Below, piece after piece: positions 46,809-55,159 of a stretch of 64,000 bases of DNA. Origin of the DNA: an uncultured Bacillales bacterium (GTDB lineage: Bacteria > Bacillota_I > Bacilli_A > RFN20 > CAG-449); the NCBI GenBank assembly GCA_945929875.1, contig CAMEOO010000002.1, positions 1,813 through 65,812 on the forward strand. Reading direction: 5' to 3'. Every line of letters begins with the position of its first letter. Within the stretch, counting starts at the first letter, position 1. The position numbers and the translations under genes are program-made. Below the pieces are notes generated by a model, which ran no database searches, was not told the origin of the DNA, and worked only from the letters and a program-made list of their open reading frames with translations.

Positions 46809-47915
46809 CTAAATTAATTTATAGATCTTTACGATCTTTTTGATATTTTCTGAGGTTAATAAATCGTGAATTTCTTGATATGAAGAGAATGTTTTGTCCT
46901 TAATTATATCGTATAGATTATTAATTATTTGATCGTTTATATTTTTGCTAGTAGTATATGAGCAATTTATATTATTTACGTGTTCAAAAATTATCGTTAT
47001 TAGATTTCTTCTAATCACGTTAATTAAAGAATTCTCTAGCCAATATAAATAATTTTTACTGCGTAACTCTAATTGTTTAAACTTTAAATAAATTTCTATT
47101 CCATCATTACTCCCGTGATATAAATCAACATATGCAAAATCAAATTGCTCTTCGCTATTTTTTTCAAAAGTAAAAGCATCGTCATTTATGATTTTTATTT
47201 TATTTTTATATTTAAATTGAGGAAGAATTACTTTATTAAATAAATCGATGATTTTTGAATCTTTTTCAATAATGGTAATTTTATTTACATCATCTTTTAG
47301 ACTAATCATATAAGCAAAATATCCTAGGCCTAAACCATAAACTAGTACATTGCCTTTTACCTTTTTTATATCTTCTTTCATAGTCTCAATTTCGTTTGGA
47401 ATGATACTCATCCAGGTGGTGCTACTATGAGTAATTGCTTGGAAGATATATTTTTTGTCAAAATAACCGATACTATAGTTTTCTTTAAAGTAATTATTTT
47501 CATCGACAAAAACATCGAATAAAGGGAATCCTTCATAAGGAAGGTAACAATCATTAATTAACTTAATTTCCTTATTAACTGAGTTTTTAAAACTAATATT
47601 TTTCAAGTAAGGATTATTTAAATATCTATTGATATCTAATTGATAAATATTATCGTATAAAAAATCTTTTGCAAGAAGTAATGTATCTTGATCTTGAACA
47701 TCGAGATTTAAAAGATCTAAGAGTAGATAAAAGAAACCATCTTTATTTGAAAAATGATTTAATTTAGTAATAGCTTCTACATCTTTTTTATTTATTCCTC
47801 TTGCTAGTTTTTCAAAGTAAAGACTTAATAATTCTGATAGATTTAAGTTGTTTTCATTAACGCTTAATAGCTTTAATAATCTCTCATTATCTATTTTATT
47901 TAACTTTATTTTCAT
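46809..47915 (-). CDS. Class I SAM-methyltransferase / spermidine-synthase-like fold with an unassigned N-terminal domain of about 180 aa
   Basis: C-terminal half has VLVYGLGLGYFAYM (motif I-like), IIEKD (acidic loop) and YVDLYHG. The N-terminal half has no motif I recognise. Confidence 0.45.
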   Translation of the reverse strand: MKIKLNKIDNERLLKLLSVNENNLNLSELLSLYFEKLARGINKKDVEAITKLNHFSNKDGFFYLLLDLLNLDVQDQDTLLLAKDFLYDNIYQLDINRYLNNPYLKNISFKNSVNKEIKLINDCYLPYEGFPLFDVFVDENNYFKENYSIGYFDKKYIFQAITHSSTTWMSIIPNEIETMKEDIKKVKGNVLVYGLGLGYFAYMISLKDDVNKITIIEKDSKIIDLFNKVILPQFKYKNKIKIINDDAFTFEKNSEEQFDFAYVDLYHGSNDGIEIYLKFKQLELRSKNYLYWLENSLINVIRRNLITIIFEHVNNINCSYTTSKNINDQIINNLYDIIKDKTFSSYQEIHDLLTSENIKKIVKIYKLI

Positions 47916-48010
47916 TGTTCATCCCTTATCTATATTACTATTTTTATAATAAATAGCCAAATCTATTTGATAAAATTCGACAAAAATGCAACTTAATCGA
48001 TAAAATAGGC

Positions 48011-48070
48011 TATGAAAACTTATGAAAATTAATGAAAACGTTTTCAAATATTTTCAAAACGCTTTCATAA
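48011..48070. promoter_or_regulatory. Phased TGAAAA/TTTTCA array centred on a perfect cre-type palindrome
   Basis: Three direct TGAAAA hexamers start at 48013, 48023 and 48033. Three inverted (T/C)TTTCA hexamers start at 48041, 48051 and 48062. The centre TGAAAACGTTTTCA (48033-48046) fits TGWAANCGNTNWCA perfectly. Confidence 0.5.
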
Positions 48071-48129
48071 TTCTTTTCAGTGTTTTTTATCTTAATATGT
48101 AGGTGCGAAAGCAAAAGGAGGTTAAGTTT

Positions 48130-48336
48130 ATGACAAAATACATTGTTAATGGTAGAATAAATTCTAAATATATCTCTGAGAAAGAATTCAAAACCAATGA
48201 TAAAGCATTAAAGTATATTGATAAACTTTGCTCAAGATATGATTTACAAGTTGAAGAAATAATCAACCAAGATTTAGAAAAGACCTATGTAGTTGATTAT
48301 TACAATCAATTTAGTATTAAGCAATTAGCAATCTAA
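48130..48336 (+). CDS. Small hypothetical protein (68 aa)
   Basis: ATG 48130 lies 9 nt after AAGGAGG; the ORF-track GTG at 48103 is upstream of the RBS. No recognisable motif. Confidence 0.5.
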   Translation: MTKYIVNGRINSKYISEKEFKTNDKALKYIDKLCSRYDLQVEEIINQDLEKTYVVDYYNQFSIKQLAI

Positions 48337-48411
48337 TTGTTTAGAATTTCAAACCGGATATTAATAGTAAAATCAAATTAGTAACTATTTTAGCGAAAGT
48401 TTGATTTTTTT

Positions 48412-48447
48412 GTATAAAAAAACTGTAGAACGCTAAATTCTACAGTT
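48412..48447 (-). terminator. Rho-independent terminator of the DUF1508 gene
   Basis: Minus-strand stem aactgtagaa/ttctacagtt, followed by TTTTTTT. Confidence 0.65.
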
Positions 48448-48461
48448 AATTACATGAATTA

Positions 48462-49640
48462 TTATTCTGTTACTTCGCTTTCTTGAGGCTGCTCGACTAC
48501 TTCAGCAAGTTTTGCAAAGCGTTTAATTGATTCAATAACGGAAATAACACGATCTTTAGAGTCGTAAACTTCTCCCGCTAGAATTAGTCTTTTTTGTTTG
48601 TTATAAAGTTTAAATTGATATTTATCATTTTTATCTTTAAAGATGAAGAATGATCCTTCATAAGCTAGAACTCTAAATTTCTCAAGGCTGTCTTTACAAG
48701 ACGCTAAGGATTTATATGTTTGTGAGGTAGCAATAACTCTTCCGTTTGAAGCAACTAATTGATAGACGAAACCTGAATCTTGAGCGGTAATCTTAAATTT
48801 TCCTTTTTCTTCTGGTTGAATTTCTTTTGTAAATTCTTCTACTTCAAAATGATCTGCAGCATCTTCTAGTTCAATTTTTTCTGTTACAACAAATTTTTTA
48901 AATGATTCACTTGCAGATAAGGCACTCTTTTTTGTCTTATAGTTTGCTGAAGTAGCTAAGCATCTTCCTTGCTTTGTCATAACTCTAAATGAGAATAATC
49001 CATGCTTATCTTCAACAATTTCAATTTTTGCTGTTTCAGCATTCTTCTTGATGGTTTCGATTCCAGTTCTAGCGGAAGCTTCTGAAGTGTAAAGTTCAGA
49101 TACAACTAATAATTCTCCATTAGAAGCTTTTAATCTATAACGGAAGTTCACTCCTTCTTGAGAAACAGTAAATTTTCCTAAATTTCTTTTAGCAGTTGAT
49201 TTAACTTCTTCAACAGGAGTTTCTTCTTTGACTTCTTCAACCTTTTTGGCTTTTGGAGCAGTGGTTTTTGTCACTTTTTTAGCGGGTTGTTTTTCTTCTT
49301 TCTTTACTTCTTCAACCTTGACTTCACTTGCTTCTTCAACTACTTCTTCTTTGACTTCTTTTTCAGGCTCTACTGATTTAACCTCTTCAGCTACTTTATC
49401 TTCTTTAACTTCTTCGACTCTTTCAGGTTCGACTACTGAGGAAGTATCTTCTACTTTAATTTCTTTTTTAGCTTCTTCTTTACTAGATAGTTTCTTCTTT
49501 TTACTTGCTTTACAACAAGCGATAATAATAATTAAAACTATTATTAGAGCAACTAGAGCGATCGCTCCATAAAAAATGATTGTAGCAACATCGCTTGTAA
49601 CATTAAATGTGCTACTTATCCACTCGAAAATCTTTTCCAT
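48462..49640 (-). CDS. Membrane-anchored protein with a K/E-rich linker and four DUF1508 (YegP-like) repeats
   Basis: TM helix at about aa 20-45 followed by KASKKKK, then an EEVK-type low-complexity linker. Four repeats of the FRYRLKASNGELLVVSELYTSEASARTGIETIKKNA type follow. ATG 49640 lies 5 nt after GGAGG. Confidence 0.75.
   Translation of the reverse strand: MEKIFEWISSTFNVTSDVATIIFYGAIALVALIIVLIIIIACCKASKKKKLSSKEEAKKEIKVEDTSSVVEPERVEEVKEDKVAEEVKSVEPEKEVKEEVVEEASEVKVEEVKKEEKQPAKKVTKTTAPKAKKVEEVKEETPVEEVKSTAKRNLGKFTVSQEGVNFRYRLKASNGELLVVSELYTSEASARTGIETIKKNAETAKIEIVEDKHGLFSFRVMTKQGRCLATSANYKTKKSALSASESFKKFVVTEKIELEDAADHFEVEEFTKEIQPEEKGKFKITAQDSGFVYQLVASNGRVIATSQTYKSLASCKDSLEKFRVLAYEGSFFIFKDKNDKYQFKLYNKQKRLILAGEVYDSKDRVISVIESIKRFAKLAEVVEQPQESEVTE
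49170..49510 (-). repeat. Imperfect EEVK/KEEV low-complexity coding repeat (approximate bounds)
   Basis: Reiterated gaagaagt(t/c)aaa-type units inside the linker of the DUF1508 gene. They also generate the spurious antisense ORF 49228-49572. Confidence 0.5.
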
Positions 49641-49800
49641 ATGTACCTCCATGAATTATTCACTAATTTATTTATATTATAAATAAGAAGAAAATATAAT
49701 TCTACTTTAAAAAATAAAATTCTTAAAAAAAAGTTTTTTTTAAAAAAACGCTTGAATTGTATAACTATTTTGTATAATATATATCAAGTCTAAAGACATT

Positions 49801-49876
49801 GCCGACTTGGCTCAATTGGCAGAGCAATTGATTTGTAATCAATAGGTTACTGGTTCGATTCCGGTAGTCGGCACCA
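49801..49876 (+). tRNA. tRNA-Thr(TGT)
   Basis: GCCGACTTGGCTCAATTGGCAGAGCA-ATTGA-TTTGTAA-TCAAT-AGGTTACTGGTTCGATTCCGGTAGTCGGCACCA. Confidence 0.9.
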
Positions 49877-49886
49877 GTTGAAAATT

Positions 49887-49911
49887 TACACGGAACTTTC
49901 CGTGTTTTTTT
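49887..49911 (+). terminator. Rho-independent terminator after tRNA-Thr
   Basis: Stem cacgga/tccgtg with loop actt, followed by TTTTTTT. Confidence 0.7.
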
Positions 49912-50020
49912 ATTTTTTATACAACTTTGATAAAAAGTTCAAAATTTTTTTAATATTAAAGGTTCGAACGCCTGTGAAAATAATTAGCGATAAAACGAAA
50001 AATTTGAACTATTTATTATT

Positions 50021-51217
50021 TTATTTTGTGATGTTTTTATTTTCACGTTTAAAATAATAATAAGAGAAGAAAATTACGAAAGAAAGAACAATGATACTTG
50101 CTCCAACAATAAAAATTAATGAGGAGCCTTTTGTATAAACAGCACTTCCTATAAGAGGGCCTACAACATTACCAATTGATAAAACTGCTTGCCTTGCTCC
50201 CATAATAGAGCCTTTGTTATCATTATTTGTATATGTTGCTATTTCATTTTGCTCCAAAGGAGTAATTAATGATTTTAATACTATATAAAGTAAATGCGTT
50301 GAAAATAGAAGATATAAAATGTCTATTTTTACAAGAAAGGTTATATAAGTTAATCCCGCAGATATAAAGATAAACAATAAAAGATAGATAGCAAGTTTTT
50401 TATCTTTCAATTTTTTGATAAATGGGATAATTAAAAGATTACTTAATGCGCCAAATAATCCGGTGATAAATACGTAATGTCCAAGTATTGCTGGCTGATA
50501 TCCAATGTGAATTAAATATGTATCAAGATATTTATTAATTAGAATTTGACCAATAGTGAGAATGAGTAAACCAAATAGGAAATAGATTAAAATAGGTTTA
50601 ATATTTTTTATTCCTCTATTAGCTTTTTTTTCTTCAACTTTTAAGCTAGTTGAAGATACTTTTACATCTTTCATTGTCAATCCAAAAATTAAGGCGGTGG
50701 TTAATCCAATTATTATTTGAGTGATGAATATTTGTTGAATAGAAAAAGATAGGTAATTGTATAAAGATCCTCCGATTTCATATCCAAATGAAGCTCCAAG
50801 TATACTGCATGAGCTTAATATAGAAAGCATTTTTACTTTCATATTTTCTTCTGAATAGTCTAAGCAAAGTGAAACGAATAGGGTGATAGGGGCACTAGCA
50901 AAGAAACCCGCTAAAATTCTAAATAGAAGGATAAGAATTGGATATTTATTAATAAAACCAAAGCCTAGTTGCGATAGACAATAACCGATAATTCCAATAA
51001 TAATTAGTTTCTTTCTTCCAATTTTATCGGAAAGAAAGCCAAAGAATAAAGCTCCTAATACTTGACCTAAAGACATTAAAGAAAAGAAAAATCCAAAGTA
51101 GTAATCAGGCAAGTTTAAAGAGTTTACGTAAGTAGTAGTTATAGGATGTAGCGTGTTTACGCAAATGAAGAAAAGAAAGTAAAGAGCAAAGAATATAATT
51201 AACTTACTTTTTTTCAT
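50021..51217 (-). CDS. MFS transporter
   Basis: About 12 hydrophobic segments and the MFS loop motif GFLSDKIGRKK between TM2 and TM3. ATG 51217 follows GAGGG. Confidence 0.85.
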   Translation of the reverse strand: MKKSKLIIFFALYFLFFICVNTLHPITTTYVNSLNLPDYYFGFFFSLMSLGQVLGALFFGFLSDKIGRKKLIIIGIIGYCLSQLGFGFINKYPILILLFRILAGFFASAPITLFVSLCLDYSEENMKVKMLSILSSCSILGASFGYEIGGSLYNYLSFSIQQIFITQIIIGLTTALIFGLTMKDVKVSSTSLKVEEKKANRGIKNIKPILIYFLFGLLILTIGQILINKYLDTYLIHIGYQPAILGHYVFITGLFGALSNLLIIPFIKKLKDKKLAIYLLLFIFISAGLTYITFLVKIDILYLLFSTHLLYIVLKSLITPLEQNEIATYTNNDNKGSIMGARQAVLSIGNVVGPLIGSAVYTKGSSLIFIVGASIIVLSFVIFFSYYYFKRENKNITK

Positions 51218-51348
51218 AATAACCCTCATTTCTTTAATTCTTTTATCCTAAAAGATTATAGCAAAAAAGAATTTACTGTTCATAGATTTGTTTTTATATT
51301 TTAAATAATTTGATTTGTGATAAAATGTGAAAAGTGGAGGAAATGATA

Positions 51349-52383
51349 ATGATTGAATTTAATGAAAAAGATTTTAAAAAGTTTTCCAAAGAAGTATTTA
51401 CTTGCGATTCTCCTACAGGGTATACAAATTCAGTTATTCAACTTATAGAAAAGTATATTAAAGAATGGGAATTTAACTATAAAATAATGAATAATGGAGC
51501 TTTAGAGGTGTCTATTAAAGGAATTGATTCATCTAAGGTAGTTGCAACAAGCGCTCATTGTGATACTCTAGGATTAATGGTTAGATCAATTAAAGCTAAT
51601 GGGCATTTGGCTTTGACGACTCTAGGAGGGCCAATTCTACCTACTTTAGATGGAGAATATTGTAAGATTTATACTCGAGATGGAAAAACATATCAAGGAA
51701 CTATTGTTTCTACTTCTAGCTCTACTCACGTATATAAAGACGCAAATACGAAACCTAGAGATATTGACAATATAGAAGTTAGAATTGATGAAGTAGTTTC
51801 GTCTAAGGAAGATGTATTAAAACTTGGTATTCAAAATGGAGATATCGTTTGCTACGATCCTAAGTTTACAATTACAGATTCTGGTTTTTTAAAAACTAGA
51901 TTCATCGATGATAAAGCCTCAGTAGTAGTCTTATTAATGCTTCTTAAATATGTAAAAGAGAATAATTTAAAATTTAAATATGATACTAAAATTTATTTTG
52001 TTGTTTATGAAGAAGTAGGACATGGAGCATCGATGGTAAATTGCTCTATTGATGAGTTTGTTACTTTAGATATGGGATGTGTAGGACTTGATCTAGATGG
52101 AAATGAATTTTCTGTTTCAATATGTGCGAAAGATTCTGGTGGGCCTTACGATTATGAACTAACTACTAGATTAATTAATTTAGCGAAAGAGAATAAGATA
52201 GATTACCAAGTAGATATCTTCCCATTTTATGGATCAGATATTGGCGCTGCTTCTAAAGCGGGAGTAGATTTTAAAGGAGCCCTTATCGGCACAGGTGTCA
52301 GCGCTTCTCATGGCATGGAAAGAACTCACATAAAAGGAATTGAAAATACCTTGAAATTAATTTATCTATACTTAATAGGATAA
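51349..52383 (+). CDS. M42-family aminopeptidase (FrvX/glutamyl aminopeptidase-like)
   Basis: SAHCDTLG, DDKASV and YEEVGHGAS metal-ligand blocks. ATG 51349 is 8 nt from GGAGG. Confidence 0.85.
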   Translation: MIEFNEKDFKKFSKEVFTCDSPTGYTNSVIQLIEKYIKEWEFNYKIMNNGALEVSIKGIDSSKVVATSAHCDTLGLMVRSIKANGHLALTTLGGPILPTLDGEYCKIYTRDGKTYQGTIVSTSSSTHVYKDANTKPRDIDNIEVRIDEVVSSKEDVLKLGIQNGDIVCYDPKFTITDSGFLKTRFIDDKASVVVLLMLLKYVKENNLKFKYDTKIYFVVYEEVGHGASMVNCSIDEFVTLDMGCVGLDLDGNEFSVSICAKDSGGPYDYELTTRLINLAKENKIDYQVDIFPFYGSDIGAASKAGVDFKGALIGTGVSASHGMERTHIKGIENTLKLIYLYLIG

Positions 52384-52421
52384 AAGTACTAAAATAGAAG
52401 TATAAAGTTGAGGAATAAAAG

Positions 52422-53276
52422 ATGAATGAAATAAAAAAAGAAGATTATGTAAAGATCTTAAACAGGTTATTTTGGGGATTGTTATTAATGTTCATAAATT
52501 TATCGTTTAGCATTACAATTCTAAATGTAAGTTATAGTATTGCTTTTACTTATTTTGCGGGGGCAATCTTAATTCTAACTACATTATGGAAATATATGAA
52601 CTCTAGTAAAACAATAAAGATATTCTGCTTTGTTCTATTAGGCTGTTTAGCTCTTGGAGTATTATCGTTCTTTTCTCCTCTATTCACTAGCAATGCTACT
52701 TTAGCGTCGTTAGAAAACATTAAGCAAATTGTTTTACAAGAGACTGCTACTCCAGAAGATTTAAATGCATTAGTTTATGAAATATTGAATTTAAAATCTG
52801 CTTCTCTTTTGTCTTCAGTGCTCTTCTTAGCTACTAGCGCTCTTCCATTAGGCGCAACAATTTATTTTTCGGGGCTACTAGTTAAGGAAATTGCTGATTC
52901 TTATAAATTATCATTAGGCACAAAAGCAAAGGGAGATTCTATTTTAAGCGTTGTGTTCCTTGCTCTTTCAGGAATATTATCATTTGTCGTTGTGCTTTCA
53001 TTATTTAATGTTATTGATAAAGTAAGATTTGATTCTCAAGGCGTAGTTTTAAAGCCTGATTTTTCTGGTGCGGTTGCTTCTTTGTCTCTATCAGCCTTAG
53101 TAGTTATTCCAGTATCAATTGCATATTTAGTGTTTATCATTAAATTATTAAGCGATATTAATAAGGTTAAAATGAGTGTTAGTTTAACAAAAGAAGATGA
53201 CAATGTAATTGACGTAGATTCTTCTTATACTTATTCAGATGATTCTAATTCGAATAAAAACGATGAAAAGGAATAA
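52422..53276 (+). CDS. Hypothetical polytopic membrane protein
   Basis: About 6 hydrophobic segments and an acidic/Ser-rich C-terminal tail. No recognisable motif. Confidence 0.6.
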   Translation: MNEIKKEDYVKILNRLFWGLLLMFINLSFSITILNVSYSIAFTYFAGAILILTTLWKYMNSSKTIKIFCFVLLGCLALGVLSFFSPLFTSNATLASLENIKQIVLQETATPEDLNALVYEILNLKSASLLSSVLFLATSALPLGATIYFSGLLVKEIADSYKLSLGTKAKGDSILSVVFLALSGILSFVVVLSLFNVIDKVRFDSQGVVLKPDFSGAVASLSLSALVVIPVSIAYLVFIIKLLSDINKVKMSVSLTKEDDNVIDVDSSYTYSDDSNSNKNDEKE

Positions 53277-53278
53277 TT

Positions 53279-53806
53279 ATGAAAAAATTACTGATTGTTG
53301 TAGACTATCAAAATGATTTTGTTGATGGTTCATTAGGCTTTAAAAAAGCTGAAGAATTAGATGAAAAGATTTATAACAAAATCAAAGAATTTAAAGAGAA
53401 AGAAGATGTTGTTATCTATACTTTTGATACTCATGATGAGAAATATTTAGAAAGTGTAGAAGGAAAGCACCTTCCAGTTTCTCATTGCTTAAAAGGAACT
53501 AGAGGCCATGATTTATTTGGAAAAGTGGCTTCTTTATTTGACAAAGACAAAGATATTTATTTTGAAAAAGAAACTTTTCCTTCTTTAGATTTAGCTAATT
53601 ATTTAAGAGGGCAAGAATTTGAAAGCGTCGAATTATGCGGATTAGTTTCAAACATTTGCGTCCTTTCTAACGCTATTATGGTTAAAGCGAGTTTACCTAA
53701 TGTAGAGATTTATGTCGATAAGAATTTAACAGCTAGTTTTGATAATAAAATCAATGAAGAATGTATGGATATCTTAAAAGGCCTACATGTAAATGTAATC
53801 GATTAA
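53279..53806 (+). CDS. pncA: Isochorismatase-family cysteine hydrolase (nicotinamidase PncA-like)
   Basis: VVDYQNDF (catalytic Asp) and LCGLVSNICV (catalytic Cys); 175 aa. Confidence 0.8.
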   Translation: MKKLLIVVDYQNDFVDGSLGFKKAEELDEKIYNKIKEFKEKEDVVIYTFDTHDEKYLESVEGKHLPVSHCLKGTRGHDLFGKVASLFDKDKDIYFEKETFPSLDLANYLRGQEFESVELCGLVSNICVLSNAIMVKASLPNVEIYVDKNLTASFDNKINEECMDILKGLHVNVID

Positions 53807-53807
53807 T

Positions 53808-54065
53808 ATGAAAAAAATAGTTTCTTTAGCCCATGCAAAAACATCATTACTAGATGGCGAAATCTTAGTTTATAAACCATTAAAAGGAAAAGTAACTTTT
53901 TTAGTTTTGAAAGATGAGAATAGAATTACATTGATCAATGACAATCTTAGATATAACATCTCATTTAGTGAACTTAACGATTTACTAAAAGAAAATAATG
54001 TTTATATTTATGAAAAAGATAACGATCTAGAAATCAATCATGAATTTAAAAAGTTAATACAATAA
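53808..54065 (+). CDS. Small hypothetical protein (85 aa)
   Basis: Starts 1 nt after the pncA-like stop. No recognisable motif. Confidence 0.5.
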   Translation: MKKIVSLAHAKTSLLDGEILVYKPLKGKVTFLVLKDENRITLINDNLRYNISFSELNDLLKENNVYIYEKDNDLEINHEFKKLIQ

Positions 54066-54094
54066 AAAATGAATCTCGAAGATTCATTTTTTTA
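54064..54094. terminator. Bidirectional terminator
   Basis: Stem atgaatc/gattcat flanked by an A-run and a T-run, lying between convergent genes. Confidence 0.65.
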
Positions 54095-54919
54095 AATATT
54101 AGGATTATTTTCTTTTGAAAGTAACTTTTCACTGATAGAAATGGAATCTAGAATTAATTTAACGAGTCTTTCTAAGGAAGAATTGCTTTTAAAATCACTT
54201 TTACAAACGTAGTTTACTCTATTGTCTAAAAGTAATTTTTCTACGACATCTTTTTTATTTGGCTGATACACCGCGATAGATTTTCCGTTTTTCTCTTTAA
54301 TTAATGTCATACAAGGAACATCGGTTAATCCATCACCCACATAGATCATATTTCTAAATTCAACATGTTTTTCGTTTATTCTTGAATTTACTGTTTGGTT
54401 GTCTATTTCATCGGTTACCCCTTTACAAATTCTAAAGAGGTATTGAGTTTTTAAAGTATAGTTTACGATACATTTTGGATAATAAGCTATTCCATTTTCG
54501 TCGTATAAAAATTCACATCCATAAATACCTTTAAATTCTTTTGCAATGCTACTTCCTTCGATAATTTCTTTGTTCCCAGAAGAAATGATGTAATGCTCTA
54601 ATTGAATTCCAAGAGAATCAGCGTATTGATTTAATCTTTTAAACCAAGTGGTTACTCCTTCGTAAAATTTTACATCCTTTCCAAGACTATTTAAGTATTC
54701 TTTTGTTAACTTTATTCCCTTCTTTTTACATTCTTCAATCATTAAGTGAAGATAAGCCAAAGTTGATTCAGTACCGGTTCTTCTTGAAAAATCTTCTGTT
54801 TTTTGCCAAAACTCTTGACTAGAAAGGCCAAGATTAGGAATAAAGGAGAAGGCTTGCATATCATCGGTGGCTAAAGTTTTATCGAAATCGTAAATTAAAG
54901 CGACAACGGGTTTTGTCAT
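54092..54919 (-). CDS. HAD-superfamily hydrolase
   Basis: Motif I IYDFDKTL, motif II ISSGN, motif IV VGDGLTD. ATG 54919 follows GAGGTGA; I reject the ORF-track start at 55000. Confidence 0.75.
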   Translation of the reverse strand: MTKPVVALIYDFDKTLATDDMQAFSFIPNLGLSSQEFWQKTEDFSRRTGTESTLAYLHLMIEECKKKGIKLTKEYLNSLGKDVKFYEGVTTWFKRLNQYADSLGIQLEHYIISSGNKEIIEGSSIAKEFKGIYGCEFLYDENGIAYYPKCIVNYTLKTQYLFRICKGVTDEIDNQTVNSRINEKHVEFRNMIYVGDGLTDVPCMTLIKEKNGKSIAVYQPNKKDVVEKLLLDNRVNYVCKSDFKSNSSLERLVKLILDSISISEKLLSKENNPNI

Positions 54920-55065
54920 TTTTTTCACCTCGAAATCATTGTAATATATGTGATAAAAAAAAGCAAATTTATTAATTTTTTTGTTTACGTGATAAATCAT
55001 ATTAATCTTTTAAAAATAATATTATTTTTATTCTCCTAATATAAATTAATTGTCGAATTGTGAAG

Positions 55066-55079
55066 TGTAAACGCTTTCA
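55066..55079 (+). promoter_or_regulatory. cre-like site (CcpA/LacI-type operator)
   Basis: TGTAAACGCTTTCA fits TGWAANCGNTNWCA. It lies just upstream of the -35 of the lipoprotein promoter. Confidence 0.5.
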
Positions 55080-55087
55080 AAATGCTA

Positions 55088-55116
55088 TTGACAAAGAAAA
55101 TAGTGAGTGATAAGAT
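55088..55116 (+). promoter_or_regulatory. Candidate sigma-A promoter of the starch-locus lipoprotein gene
   Basis: TTGACA (55088-55093), exactly 17 nt of spacer, then TAAGAT (55111-55116). Confidence 0.55.
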
Positions 55117-55117
55117 A

Positions 55118-55135
55118 TACTTAATCGATTAAGTA
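55118..55135 (+). promoter_or_regulatory. Perfect 18-bp palindrome with a central CG (LacI-type operator candidate)
   Basis: TACTTAATCGATTAAGTA lies immediately downstream of the -10, over the predicted transcription start. Confidence 0.5.
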
Positions 55136-55159
55136 AAATCATCATAAGGAGGGATAGAT

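Noticed and set aside
49228-49572. 114-aa Ser/Thr/Leu-rich plus-strand ORF
   Set aside because: It is the antisense reading of the EEVK-rich linker of the DUF1508 gene, and so a low-complexity mirror artefact.
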